This document shows, piece by piece, positions 18,688 to 28,568 of a stretch of DNA of 40,257 nucleotides. The position numbers and the translations under genes were made by a program. The DNA comes from Candidatus Altiarchaeota archaeon (GTDB lineage Archaea > SpSt-1190): positions 1-40,257 of the forward strand of contig JAAOXV010000013.1 of NCBI GenBank assembly GCA_018220955.1, read 5' to 3'. Numbering within the stretch: the first letter of the stretch is position 1; each line of letters opens with the position of its first letter. The notes beneath the pieces are model-generated. The model saw only the letters and a list, made by a program, of their open reading frames with translations. It was not told the DNA's origin and ran no database searches.

Positions 18688-19045
18688 ACAGCCTTGGGCT
18701 GAGCTGATAGTTTCTGGAAAAAAAACAATCGAGACCCGGACCTGGAACACGAAGTTCAGAGGAAAGTTTCTTGTGCATGCATCCAAAACTCTGGATAGAC
18801 TGGCTTGTCAGCGCTTTGGGTTTGATACTCATGAGCTTGAACAAGGCGCAATAATTGGTCAGGCCGAGCTGGTTGATACAAAAGAGTATATGACTCAACA
18901 GGACTATTTGGATGATTCAGAAAAGCATCTGGCTGCCCATTGGGAGTTCAAGAGACCAAAGTTTGGTTTTGTTTTGGTTGATGTTACAAGACTTAAGCCA
19001 ATCAAGTATAAGGGCGCGCTTGGATTTTTTGAAACACAAATCTAA
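18668..19045 (+). CDS. ASCH domain protein
   Basis: MKALSLKQPWAELIVSGKKTIETR...KGALGFF. Confidence 0.92.
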   Translation: MKALSLKQPWAELIVSGKKTIETRTWNTKFRGKFLVHASKTLDRLACQRFGFDTHELEQGAIIGQAELVDTKEYMTQQDYLDDSEKHLAAHWEFKRPKFGFVLVDVTRLKPIKYKGALGFFETQI

Positions 19046-19785
19046 TCCACATCAATTCTAGGTGCCAACACATATACAAGCTGAACATTATCATCCTTAA
19101 ACTCCAGCCTGAGTGGATAATCTGTTTTGAATTCTATGCTTGCAAGTGAACCGATTTTTGTTCCTTTCATCATTTTTGATAGGTACTCCAGACTGTACTT
19201 GGCCCTTGCACCGCCTTTGACATCAATCGACTCAAGACCCTTGTCCTTTTTTAGAATGGTTTCTGTTTCACCCAAGTCACCTTGGGCAATCAAGTGCATA
19301 GTATCATGTTTTGCTACAAAAACGACCGCATCGCTGACCACAGATGCATCATCCACTGACTCCTTTAACAGGTTAGACTCCATTATTAGCTCTGCAGTAA
19401 ATTGCAGGTTCGGTTCTTGTTTTGGTCCACCCTCTAAAGCGAGCAGCGGTATTGAAAACTTTCTGGTTGCCCTACCAGCAAACTCTAGCTCAAGCTTGCC
19501 AGCCGATATGCTTAGATTCATTGTGTCAGTTCTACCAACCCTTCGCAGAACCTGATACAACTTATCCATATTGATACCAATACTGGTTTCTTCATCGATT
19601 TCATATGACTCAAAAGCTGATTTATCTATAGTGATGCCAATCATTGCAACATTTGCAGGGTCAGTCGCCCTCAACAGCATTCCGGTTTTTGAGAACTGGA
19701 TTATCACATCGTCCTTGACTAGCTCATAGGCTGCCTTAATCAGATTGACTAACAAGCTCGGATCGTTCAGTCTTGCTCCAAACAT
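19042..19785 (-). CDS. pcn: DNA sliding clamp PCNA
   Basis: Start MFGARL with GGAGGT RBS; ATDPANVAM, YSLEYL, DYPLRLEF, LAPRI. Confidence 0.96.
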   Translation of the reverse strand: MFGARLNDPSLLVNLIKAAYELVKDDVIIQFSKTGMLLRATDPANVAMIGITIDKSAFESYEIDEETSIGINMDKLYQVLRRVGRTDTMNLSISAGKLELEFAGRATRKFSIPLLALEGGPKQEPNLQFTAELIMESNLLKESVDDASVVSDAVVFVAKHDTMHLIAQGDLGETETILKKDKGLESIDVKGGARAKYSLEYLSKMMKGTKIGSLASIEFKTDYPLRLEFKDDNVQLVYVLAPRIDVD

Positions 19786-20095
19786 TTTTCCATACCTCCA
19801 ATATATTTTTGTAATTCTCAGGTTCAAATCCTTTGACTCTTCTTAAGATTTCCCCATCTATCCCAGATTCGCCGGCCCAGCCAATAACTGTAACCTGCAC
19901 GCCTGGCTTATAGCTTTCTAGTCGTTCTATCATCTCAATAGAGTTGAAAAACACGCTCTTTGAGCCAGACCCATCATCAATGATTATTTTTCCATTATCT
20001 TGCTCAACCGAAACCACAGTGCCATAAACTCGGACTCGCTTGTCAGCTGGTTTTGTCTCATTCAGAACTTTTAGAACAGCTGGCCAGCGTCTCAT
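19736..20095 (-). CDS. Single OB-fold protein, RPA3/RPA14-like
   Basis: RRWPA, RVRVYGTVV, IIDDGSG, VTVIG; upstream of pcn. Confidence 0.75.
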   Translation of the reverse strand: MRRWPAVLKVLNETKPADKRVRVYGTVVSVEQDNGKIIIDDGSGSKSVFFNSIEMIERLESYKPGVQVTVIGWAGESGIDGEILRRVKGFEPENYKNILEVWKNVWSKTERSELVSQSD

Positions 20096-20143
20096 TCTAA
20101 ACGCTCACTGCATAGTTTATAAATCTGCCAGACTGAATTTTTA

Positions 20144-20704
20144 GTGAACAAGCTTTTGGCATTTTTGCTGGCGGTTTCAACTGTTTTTGCAGGAGTCGAG
20201 ATTTCTCCGAATCTTGTTCAAATGTATGTCAATGAGACCATAGTCTTTAGTATAACCGCGATTGGTGAGGGTTCAATTGGGCAGCTGTATGTGACCGGGC
20301 CTGGACTTAGCTTTTCAAAAGAGATGTGGGCCGGGCCGTATGGGACTGAGACAGATATAGATTATACTGCTGAGCAAACAGGCGAATTTGAGATTGTTGC
20401 CTTTTTTGATGATAGTAATGCAAGCGCAAGTGTGACAGTTCTAGCTGCTGTTGGACCCGATAGTTTTCTGCAAGAGCTTGATGAGCTTAGACAGACTGTA
20501 TCAGATGAACAAAAGTTGAGTGAGCTTGATGCGATTCAGGAGATGTATGAACAAGGCAAACATGATCTTGCAAGAATTCAGCTTGATAACTTTGATAGCC
20601 AACAAAGCCAAGAGGAAACCGTAGTTTCCAGACTTCCAAGAATTTTGTTAATACCAATAATTGTCGTCCTAGTTGCTGTTTTAGTGCTTTATTTCGTGCA
20701 ATGA
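20144..20704 (+). CDS. Hypothetical surface protein (signal peptide, beta-rich domain, C-terminal TM)
   Basis: MNKLLAFLLAVSTVFA signal; C-terminal ILLIPIIVVLVAVLVLYF. Confidence 0.7.
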   Translation: MNKLLAFLLAVSTVFAGVEISPNLVQMYVNETIVFSITAIGEGSIGQLYVTGPGLSFSKEMWAGPYGTETDIDYTAEQTGEFEIVAFFDDSNASASVTVLAAVGPDSFLQELDELRQTVSDEQKLSELDAIQEMYEQGKHDLARIQLDNFDSQQSQEETVVSRLPRILLIPIIVVLVAVLVLYFVQ

Positions 20705-20738
20705 TTTATATTCTCAAGTTCTAAACCCATTTTGGGGT

Positions 20739-20954
20739 ATGGGTATGAATATATTCAATCTATGGACCGATGGGCTTGGAAGGCTCGGAGCATCACTTGT
20801 AAATTCAGTAGATGATGTAATGTCGTTTTTCCAATCTAGAGAGGTCCTTCGTGAGCTTCCCAAGACAAAACAAGGTTTTAATAGAAAGAAATTAAAGAAA
20901 ATGGTGAGGTCTTTAAAGAGGCGGGGAATGCTTGAGACGGTGTTCCTGTTATGA
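20739..20954 (+). CDS. Small hypothetical protein
   Basis: 71 aa with basic C-terminus; ATGA overlap with rimK. Confidence 0.55.
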   Translation: MGMNIFNLWTDGLGRLGASLVNSVDDVMSFFQSREVLRELPKTKQGFNRKKLKKMVRSLKRRGMLETVFLL

Positions 20955-21820
20955 AAATCGCCATATTAGGCAAAAACCCTAAAGCGTCGCCATCGAATTT
21001 AAAGATTTTTGAAAGTATGAAAAAAACCATGCCATGCACATTGTATGCCGACATACAGAAACTAAATCTCTTTGTTGGAGATGAGTGTAAAGTCTTGTAC
21101 AAAGGAAAGGACCTGGCAGAGTTTGATTTGATTTATCCAAGAATCAATCCAAGCTTGGCTGATTTTGGATACATAACTGTTAGAATGTTTGAAGATAGTG
21201 TTTATACACCCATCAGCTCAGATGCGATAAGAGCCTCACATGATAAATTTCTGACTCTTGAAGTTCTTGCGCGCGCCGGCCTACCTATTCCAAAGACTAT
21301 TCTCACAATTGGTAGAGAGAAAATGAATAAAGTGTTTGAGCAGATTGGTTTTCCAATGGTGCTTAAGCTTTTGTCAGCCTCTGGTGGGAAAGGTGTTCTG
21401 ATGGCATCTGATATTAAGGAGGCAAAGGGCATAGCAGACACACTTCATTGGTTTAAGCAACCAGTGTTTGTAGAAGAGTTTATAGAAAATCCGGGTGAAG
21501 ATATCAGACTCTTTGTTATTGGTGATGAGGTAGCAGGGGCCATGAAACGGGTGGCGAGCAAAAGCGACTTTCGGTCCAACATTCATGCTGGTGGAAAAGG
21601 TGAGAGATATGTGGCAACCCCAGAAGAAAAAGAGTTGGCAATAAAGGCCTCACAGGCAATTGGTGCAGATATAGCAGGTGTAGATATTCTTCATAGTCAG
21701 AACGGGCCGTTCATAATCGAGACTAACATATTTCCTGGACTCAAAGGAATAATGGAAGCTACCAAAAAAGATATACCAAAACTGATTGCTGGATTCTTGC
21801 ATGACAAAATCAAAGCTTGA
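20951..21820 (+). CDS. rimK: RimK-family ATP-grasp ligase
   Basis: HDKFLT, IPKT, GGKGV, EDIRLFVIG, FRSNIHAGG, AGVDIL, ETN. Confidence 0.9.
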   Translation: MKIAILGKNPKASPSNLKIFESMKKTMPCTLYADIQKLNLFVGDECKVLYKGKDLAEFDLIYPRINPSLADFGYITVRMFEDSVYTPISSDAIRASHDKFLTLEVLARAGLPIPKTILTIGREKMNKVFEQIGFPMVLKLLSASGGKGVLMASDIKEAKGIADTLHWFKQPVFVEEFIENPGEDIRLFVIGDEVAGAMKRVASKSDFRSNIHAGGKGERYVATPEEKELAIKASQAIGADIAGVDILHSQNGPFIIETNIFPGLKGIMEATKKDIPKLIAGFLHDKIKA

Positions 21821-21931
21821 TATCTCCGGTTCGTTCAACTATAGTAGCGAGCAGGCCATAATATAGCGGTGACAAAAGCAACAGTGTCGCGATACCTGCA
21901 AGACTCATAGGCGGTCAGTGCACTTGTCCTA

Positions 21932-23968
21932 TTAAACTGTTTTGGTGTATGGTGAGTTTAACACCTGCCGAATCTTCTCAGCCTTCTTAGCCCCTACTCC
22001 TTCCACTGACTTAAGCTCATCTATGCTGGCTGCAAACACAGAGGCCGGACTGCCGAACTTATCGAACAATCGCCTGACCAGAGTCAGGTTTATTCCTGGC
22101 AGGGAGGCAACAAGTCTTTCCTGCATTTTGTCGAGTGTGGCTGCTTTGGCCATCTTGATACTTGGTTTTCTAGCTTCACCATGCTCACGCTTTGACAAAG
22201 CTTCCAAAAATCTAGCTGTGTCTTCTGGACTAGCTGTGAAAACAACCGGTATCTCCCAGTTGGATATCAAGCTAGCTAGTGCGCCGCGAATTGCGTTTGG
22301 ATGAACGGCCCGATGGCCGAACAGATTGTAACCTTCTATCAAGATGACTGGCTTATCATATGCCTCCTTTAGCTCAGCCAGCTGTTGGAACAAGCGTCCA
22401 TCAACAATACTATTTACAAAGTCAGCAGCCGTCTTTCGCTCCACCACCATCCTATCGCTTATTACAAAATCACCAATCGTGATTCGTTTTATCTTGACAG
22501 ACTTCAGCAACCTGGCGACTTCGAGCTCTCTATCATCAGCTATTATGAATGGACCTTTGTCACTAAAAGAACCTAATGTGATTTGAGATTTTGCTGATGG
22601 CTTGACCCCAGCTATCGCGGATGCCATTCGCTTTTCTTTGGCCCTAGTAGCATAGAAGAGCGCATCTTCCCTTGTTCCGATTGTGGCTAGTATCAGGACT
22701 TTTCCGCCTTTCCTGAGCCTACCCTTTCTTTGAATATGCCGAATTGCACTGGGAACAGGTTCGTAAAAAACAACTCGGTCGACCGACGGAATATCAATTC
22801 CTTCTTCTGCTACTGATGTGGCTATAAGCACAGAGAACTCATGATTTCTGAAAGCTTCTATAGTTTGTTTTTGCTTTTTCTGTGTCATTCCACCCTTTTG
22901 TCCACCAAATCGTTTTGCACTTATGCCGGCCTGGTCTAGTAGCTCAATCAGCTCTTCCACTTGGTCTCTATAATGTGCAAACAGGATGGCCTGTTTAATG
23001 CCAGTCAGGTATTTGACCACCAGTTTTGTTTTTGGGTGCGCCAACTTAATCGGGGTTGGCAATCTACCAGCAAGCTCCCTGCCTGCCCGGGTTTTGTCCT
23101 TGCGCATCCGGTCGATAAACCGACCATATGCCTGCATACTTTGTGTTCCCAACAGCTCGAGCGCGTGCAGACCCTTGATACTACCAGCCAGCGCGCTCAT
23201 GGCATTCGGGTCGTCTGTTACTTTGTCCTGTAGGCCAAGCAAGGTCTTTTTTCTAATCTTGGATAGGTCTGCACTTTTCAGATAACCTGTTTTTTTCAAA
23301 AATCGTAAGTATTCTCCAACTACCTTTTTAGCGTTTGAAATAACAAGCTTGTACTCAGCTGGTAAGCTTGTCTTTATCCATTGAATCTGTTTTTCCTTTA
23401 CATAAGGTCTAACATCTGAGTCATTCTCTGATCGGGTCTCGATTTGCTTGATATAAAGATTGTCGACTATCTCTTGTATCCCAGCTGTGTCAGTGCCAGG
23501 TGATGCTGTCAATGCCAAAATCAGTGGTGATTTTGATTGTTCAGTAAATTTTCTAGCAAGATAAACATAAGCATAGTTACCTGTTGCCCTGTGGGCCTCG
23601 TCAAAAACAATTAGTGAAAAATTATTTAGCTTGACTGAATCCCTCAACAAATCACTCTGCACGCTCTGAGGTGTGGCAACAAACCAGTTGCTGTTTTTCC
23701 ACAATCCCTTTCTATGTTCAGGTGAGGTTGTCCCAAGTATGGTGACTGGCTCAATTCCTGTCTGCGCTTTGATGGTTTTTGCATGTTGCTCGACCAGCGG
23801 CTTGGTTGGTGCGAGAATCAAAATCTTCCCAGTTTTTTGTCGAATCAACCCGAGCATCACTGCTATGAGGGTCTTCCCTAGTCCGGTCGGCAAAACCACC
23901 AGTGTGTTAGCCCTTACGCATTCTGCAAGAATTTTTTCTTGATAAAGTCGAGGTTTTGTGCTAATCAC
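21932..23968 (-). CDS. hef: Hef: DEAH helicase fused to ERCC4 nuclease and HhH
   Basis: LPTGLGKT, DEAH, TASPG, ATSVAEEGIDIP, ERKTAADF, C-terminal HhH. Confidence 0.95.
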   Translation of the reverse strand: MISTKPRLYQEKILAECVRANTLVVLPTGLGKTLIAVMLGLIRQKTGKILILAPTKPLVEQHAKTIKAQTGIEPVTILGTTSPEHRKGLWKNSNWFVATPQSVQSDLLRDSVKLNNFSLIVFDEAHRATGNYAYVYLARKFTEQSKSPLILALTASPGTDTAGIQEIVDNLYIKQIETRSENDSDVRPYVKEKQIQWIKTSLPAEYKLVISNAKKVVGEYLRFLKKTGYLKSADLSKIRKKTLLGLQDKVTDDPNAMSALAGSIKGLHALELLGTQSMQAYGRFIDRMRKDKTRAGRELAGRLPTPIKLAHPKTKLVVKYLTGIKQAILFAHYRDQVEELIELLDQAGISAKRFGGQKGGMTQKKQKQTIEAFRNHEFSVLIATSVAEEGIDIPSVDRVVFYEPVPSAIRHIQRKGRLRKGGKVLILATIGTREDALFYATRAKEKRMASAIAGVKPSAKSQITLGSFSDKGPFIIADDRELEVARLLKSVKIKRITIGDFVISDRMVVERKTAADFVNSIVDGRLFQQLAELKEAYDKPVILIEGYNLFGHRAVHPNAIRGALASLISNWEIPVVFTASPEDTARFLEALSKREHGEARKPSIKMAKAATLDKMQERLVASLPGINLTLVRRLFDKFGSPASVFAASIDELKSVEGVGAKKAEKIRQVLNSPYTKTV

Positions 23969-24033
23969 AGCTAAAATTGCTTTCAGAGTTTAAAACCAGT
24001 AGGGATAAATACAAAGTATGCCGCTGTTCATTT

Positions 24034-24672
24034 ATGGCATTAGATTTGAGCGTATTTCAATTATATGCCACAGATGTCGTATGGACCTTTGCAGAGGCTT
24101 TAGTGCTTTTGCTAGCAGGTATCATCGCAGGAAAAATATTAGGGAGAATAGTAGAAACAACTCTTAAGAAAATAAAGTTCAGAGAGACGCTAGAAAGTCT
24201 GAAAATGGAGCCAACTTTTATTGGACTTGATATAGTTGGTCTAGCCAAACTCTTTGTTCAGTGGTATACCTATCTATTCTTTATATTGGCAGCATTCCAA
24301 CTGCTCGATATACCAGCTCTTGAGCTCTTTATTCAAGAGATTCAGGCATTCCTACCCCCGATAATTGAAGCAATCTTGATTGCATATATCGGTATACAGG
24401 TTGCTGGGTATGTTAAAAGCGGTTTGGTTAAAGCAACAATGCCACAAAAGAAGTTGATAGCAACAATAACCTATTACTTCATGATATACCTGACAATGGT
24501 ACTTTCGTTGACAGCAATTTACCCAAGCGGCGCAGAACTTCTGAATTATCTGTTCATGGTGCTAATCGCATCAGCAGGATTTGGACTCTCGTTGGGAATG
24601 GGAATCGCAGTCGGACTAGGTACAAAGGACATTGTGGCTGGTAGTGTCAAGAAATATGTGAAAGCAAAATGA
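24034..24672 (+). CDS. CmpX-like membrane protein (mechanosensitive-channel-associated TM helices)
   Basis: Multi-TM; FLPPIIEAILI, GIAVGLGTKDIV; start moved to ATG 24034. Confidence 0.75.
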   Translation: MALDLSVFQLYATDVVWTFAEALVLLLAGIIAGKILGRIVETTLKKIKFRETLESLKMEPTFIGLDIVGLAKLFVQWYTYLFFILAAFQLLDIPALELFIQEIQAFLPPIIEAILIAYIGIQVAGYVKSGLVKATMPQKKLIATITYYFMIYLTMVLSLTAIYPSGAELLNYLFMVLIASAGFGLSLGMGIAVGLGTKDIVAGSVKKYVKAK

Positions 24673-25418
24673 GACTTGAATTCCTTGGAACTGGAGGTGG
24701 GAGGTATACAACCTTTACTCAGCTCCGGGCCACTGGGGGATTCAGAATAGTCAGTGACACGACAGTTCACATTGACCCTGGACCTGGGGCGATAAGGAAC
24801 TACAAAGAGTTCCGATTCCCCCTTAATTTTTCTTTTATTTTCATAAGTCATAAGCATCTTGATCATATCAATGACATACATGTACTAATCGAGGCGATGA
24901 CACAGGGATGCAAGAGAAAGCACGGAACCGTTTTTGGTCCAAAGACTGCTATTGATTTTATTGCAGATTACTATGATGATTGGATTGAGAAACAAACAGT
25001 CAAGACAGGCGACAAGCTTAAGCTAGACAAAATGACAGCGGAATTCACTTCAACCAAACACAACGATTCTTCTGCACTTGGAGCTATCTTTTCTGATGCT
25101 CGCACAAGCGTCTGGTATAGCTCTGACACCAAGCTAATCGAGCCGCACTATAAGCTAAGGCCAGACGCAGCTATAGTGAATACTCAGCTGCCACACGGTT
25201 ATAGACCTGAGGACAGAATGAGCATAGATGGGTTGATAGACTGGGCGCAGGAAACAAAGCCAAAGCTGATTATAATGCAACATTTTGGCATGAATTTGTT
25301 GAAGCAAGGACCTGAAAAAGAAGCGCTGCGTGTTCAGGATAAGACCGGTATCAGGACCATCGCTGCCAAGGACGGACAGGTGGTTGAGCTAGAAAAAGAG
25401 ATAGAAAAGGTTATTTGA
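24669..25418 (+). CDS. Metallo-beta-lactamase-fold hydrolase
   Basis: FLGTGGGR, IDPGPG, SHKHLDH, YSSDT, QHFG. Confidence 0.9.
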   Translation: MRLEFLGTGGGRYTTFTQLRATGGFRIVSDTTVHIDPGPGAIRNYKEFRFPLNFSFIFISHKHLDHINDIHVLIEAMTQGCKRKHGTVFGPKTAIDFIADYYDDWIEKQTVKTGDKLKLDKMTAEFTSTKHNDSSALGAIFSDARTSVWYSSDTKLIEPHYKLRPDAAIVNTQLPHGYRPEDRMSIDGLIDWAQETKPKLIIMQHFGMNLLKQGPEKEALRVQDKTGIRTIAAKDGQVVELEKEIEKVI

Positions 25419-25438
25419 GTCAAGATAGATAACTTGGA

Positions 25439-26581
25439 ATGAGAGCTCTGATGGTTTTTGCGCTTATAGTCATTTCAGGATTTTGCTTAGATTCGTATAA
25501 AATAGGTGCGGCAGAAATGCAATATACCGCCAACTTTTTTGTACAAGGCGATAGTGGCACCATCACGGTTTTGGAGTATCCAATAACAACCGCTCGCCAG
25601 ACTGTAAGCTGTTCATCAGACCAGCTCAAGTTTCCGCCCTATGAACTGAACATGGTCTGTAATGTGTCAACAAATCCGATTCAGAGCTTTTCTTTTGAAT
25701 CATATGAACAAATCAGCTTTACTGATTCATCAGCTGAAATGATTGAGCTGGCTCAGTCACTCAGCGCGAACTCAAGCTTTCAGACAGCTATAAACATAGC
25801 TAGTTGGATTAGAAATAACCTAGAGTATGACTCTGCCTATGGCGAGCTTGTAAGAACAGCCAGTCAGACATTTGATACCAGAAAAGGAACATGTGATGAA
25901 TGGACACATCTGTTTTTGGCCTTGATAAAATCAGTTGGATACGAAGCTAGATATGTAGCTGGTTATGCGCTTGGCTCGGCGGGTTGGGAGCCGCATGCCT
26001 GGGCAGAAGTATGGACTAGATATGGCTGGCAGGGATTTGACCTGACTTTTGGACAGTATGGTTATGTGGATGGCACTCATATAGCGTTTGCGAAAACAGC
26101 AGGCGGAACCAAGAGCTATTACAATGTTTCTTATCTTGGCTCACTCGATATAGAGGATGATATACATGTTGAGATTCTTGATTACACGGAGATTGAGCTA
26201 GTTGGAGAACTTCGGGTCGGAAACCTGACCGGCAATCAGACTACTGTGATGACACTTGATGTGAACAACCTGTTTGATTGGAAGATTGGGTTTGAAGCTT
26301 TGTATGGCCTTCCGAACAACCTGGATATCAGCTTGTTGGACGCACCACAGATAATCGTGCTTGAACCTGGAAATAACACCATTAAATGGATACTAAGAAC
26401 ACCTGAAATCGAGCAAGGCCATAGCTATGTTGTACCAATTTCTGTTGGACTCGGAAATTTTCAATTTTCCACAAGCTTTGGACTTTCACCTGAAGCTCGG
26501 TCTTTGTCTTTACCATCACAGTCTTGGTTAAGCCAGCTCTTGGAAAAACTTATTAGCTTGTTTGACCGATTTTTTGTGTGA
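25439..26581 (+). CDS. Secreted transglutaminase-like cysteine protease
   Basis: Signal peptide; Cys-His-Asp triad in GTCDE, PHAWAE and FDLT. Confidence 0.88.
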   Translation: MRALMVFALIVISGFCLDSYKIGAAEMQYTANFFVQGDSGTITVLEYPITTARQTVSCSSDQLKFPPYELNMVCNVSTNPIQSFSFESYEQISFTDSSAEMIELAQSLSANSSFQTAINIASWIRNNLEYDSAYGELVRTASQTFDTRKGTCDEWTHLFLALIKSVGYEARYVAGYALGSAGWEPHAWAEVWTRYGWQGFDLTFGQYGYVDGTHIAFAKTAGGTKSYYNVSYLGSLDIEDDIHVEILDYTEIELVGELRVGNLTGNQTTVMTLDVNNLFDWKIGFEALYGLPNNLDISLLDAPQIIVLEPGNNTIKWILRTPEIEQGHSYVVPISVGLGNFQFSTSFGLSPEARSLSLPSQSWLSQLLEKLISLFDRFFV

Positions 26582-27450
26582 TAAATTTCCTAGCACTGGC
26601 TGGTCTTGCTTTGTTCTTATGGCCCTATCTAGGAGTGATTGGATATTCACTTGTTGTTTCAGTTATTCTCTATGAAATATATAAAAAACGGCCTGGAAGA
26701 CCAACAGCCATTTTATTGTCTGCTCTAACCACTATTCTGTTTATCCTATTATTTTATTTTCTATTCAATTATGCGGCCGCCCAGATTTCATCTCTGACTG
26801 AAATCTATAATAGCATTGATCCACAGGATACCCTGAACTTAACAGATATCCAGGCAGGTCCACTCAGAAACTTTATCACAAGCATATTATTCTCGATTCC
26901 AGGTATCTCTGCAAGAATTGTACTTTTTATATTTTTGATTTACTATTTTCTTTTGGATGGCCCGATTCTGGCCGGGTATCTGTTTGATATGATGCCAAAA
27001 CAAGGCAGGGAAAAGCTAAAAAAACTTCTTTGGCATAACCTTAGAACCATTATACTCGGAGTTTACCTAAGCCTGTTTTTGTTTATGAGCTACAGCTTTT
27101 TCATATTGTTTTTCTTTAAGATTCCTAATTCAATTTTTCTTACATTGGTAATAGGTTTGTTTGGAGTCTTGCCTCTTTTTGGTGGTTGGCTTGTTTATCT
27201 TTATGCGATTTATATCAAACTGATGGCTGGTGAGATTGTATCAGCGGTTGTAATTGGATTGCTTTTGCTTGCCTGGCAGCCAGTCGATTTCTGGCTTCGC
27301 CTCAAGTTCAGAGGTAAGATACATCCAGCTGTTTTCCTTATCTCACTGACAGCTGGTCTTTCTGTTTTTGGCTTTTCAGGAGTGGTGTTAGGCCCAATAA
27401 TCGTAAGTTTCTTGATGACGATTGCATCTATGAAAGAACAATCCGTTTAG
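26578..27450 (+). CDS. AI-2E (PerM) family transporter
   Basis: YYFLLDG, LPLFG, IHPAVFLISLTAGLSVFGFSGVVLGP. Confidence 0.85.
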   Translation: MINFLALAGLALFLWPYLGVIGYSLVVSVILYEIYKKRPGRPTAILLSALTTILFILLFYFLFNYAAAQISSLTEIYNSIDPQDTLNLTDIQAGPLRNFITSILFSIPGISARIVLFIFLIYYFLLDGPILAGYLFDMMPKQGREKLKKLLWHNLRTIILGVYLSLFLFMSYSFFILFFFKIPNSIFLTLVIGLFGVLPLFGGWLVYLYAIYIKLMAGEIVSAVVIGLLLLAWQPVDFWLRLKFRGKIHPAVFLISLTAGLSVFGFSGVVLGPIIVSFLMTIASMKEQSV

Positions 27451-27502
27451 GATTAATATGACTTCTTACTACTCTTGTTTTGTGGACCCTTTGAAATTAG
27501 CT

Positions 27503-28069
27503 ATGACTGATCTTTGGTATATGGAGCCACAGCTGGTTAGGATTATTGAATCAGGTGAAATGGATCCCTGGAATCTTGATTTAAAAGAGATTAGTCAATC
27601 ATATATTAAACAGTTCAAGAAAAAACAAGACTTACGGGTTTCTGGTAATGCGCTGATAATACTGGCGCTTTTGCTAAAAATGAAAAGCGATGTGTTTGAA
27701 GAAAAACAGGAAAAGCCAGAAGAGCATATGGAGCTTAAGCTTGAAGCTCCAGATATCGAAATTATCCCGCTGTCCCGAAGGGTTGAAAGAAAAGTGACAG
27801 TCTTTGAGCTACTGGATGCGTTGCGGGACGCGTTCGAGCTAGAGAAAAGAAAGATAGAGTCAAAGACTCATAGCTTTGAGCTCAAGTTTTGCATGATAGA
27901 TTTGTCCAAGATAATAGAACGACTTCTAAAAAACTTACATGGTGAAATGATAGTTGATGGGATTGGTTCCCTAAGCTTTCTCGCACTGTTACATTTGGCA
28001 ATGAAAGGGGTGATTGATATTGAGCAGCAGAGCTGGAATGGACCGCTCGTTGTTAAAAGACTGGCTTGA
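27503..28069 (+). CDS. scpA: Kleisin ScpA
   Basis: MDPWNLDL, SGNAL..LLKMKS, RKVTVFELLDAL, FLALLHLA; start may be 27458. Confidence 0.88.
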   Translation: MTDLWYMEPQLVRIIESGEMDPWNLDLKEISQSYIKQFKKKQDLRVSGNALIILALLLKMKSDVFEEKQEKPEEHMELKLEAPDIEIIPLSRRVERKVTVFELLDALRDAFELEKRKIESKTHSFELKFCMIDLSKIIERLLKNLHGEMIVDGIGSLSFLALLHLAMKGVIDIEQQSWNGPLVVKRLA

Positions 28070-28568
28070 GGCAGCGCTCTTTATTTCAGGTCGGACCATG
28101 AGCATAGATGAGCTTGTCAAACTGTCAGGGGCAGGTAGATACGACGTTATAGAAGAGCTGGATCATCTATCAGAAAAGCATCAAGGGCCGATTGTACTGG
28201 TTAGAACAGACACAACTGCTAAAATGACGCTGCAGGACAAGTATCAGAAAGAGCTTTGGATGCTTGGTCACCCTGAACTTGGTAAGGGCGAGCTGAGAAC
28301 CTTGACAGTCGTAGCTTATTATGAGCCCATAAAACAGAGTGATGTAGTTAGGATGAGAGGGAATAAAACCTATGAACAAGTGGCATCACTTGAGTCAAAC
28401 GGATTTGTGCGTAGCCAGAAATTTGGTAGGACAAAGGTTTTAAGACTTGGACACAAATTTTTTGAGTATTTCGGTGATGAAGTTGCTGAACGGATTAGAA
28501 ATTCGGGTGCTTCTGCCCAAGTTGAATCTCAAGGGCAGGAAGATGGGCAAGATTTGGAGGGCCTATGA
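28038..28568 (+). CDS. scpB: ScpB
   Basis: LEAALFISG, TLTVVAYYEPIKQS, RGNK, GRTK, FFEYFG. Confidence 0.9.
   Translation: MDRSLLKDWLEAALFISGRTMSIDELVKLSGAGRYDVIEELDHLSEKHQGPIVLVRTDTTAKMTLQDKYQKELWMLGHPELGKGELRTLTVVAYYEPIKQSDVVRMRGNKTYEQVASLESNGFVRSQKFGRTKVLRLGHKFFEYFGDEVAERIRNSGASAQVESQGQEDGQDLEGL

Noticed and set aside
27503-28568. scpA-scpB without smc as a novel system
   Set aside because: smc is often encoded elsewhere in archaeal genomes; its absence from the window is uninformative.
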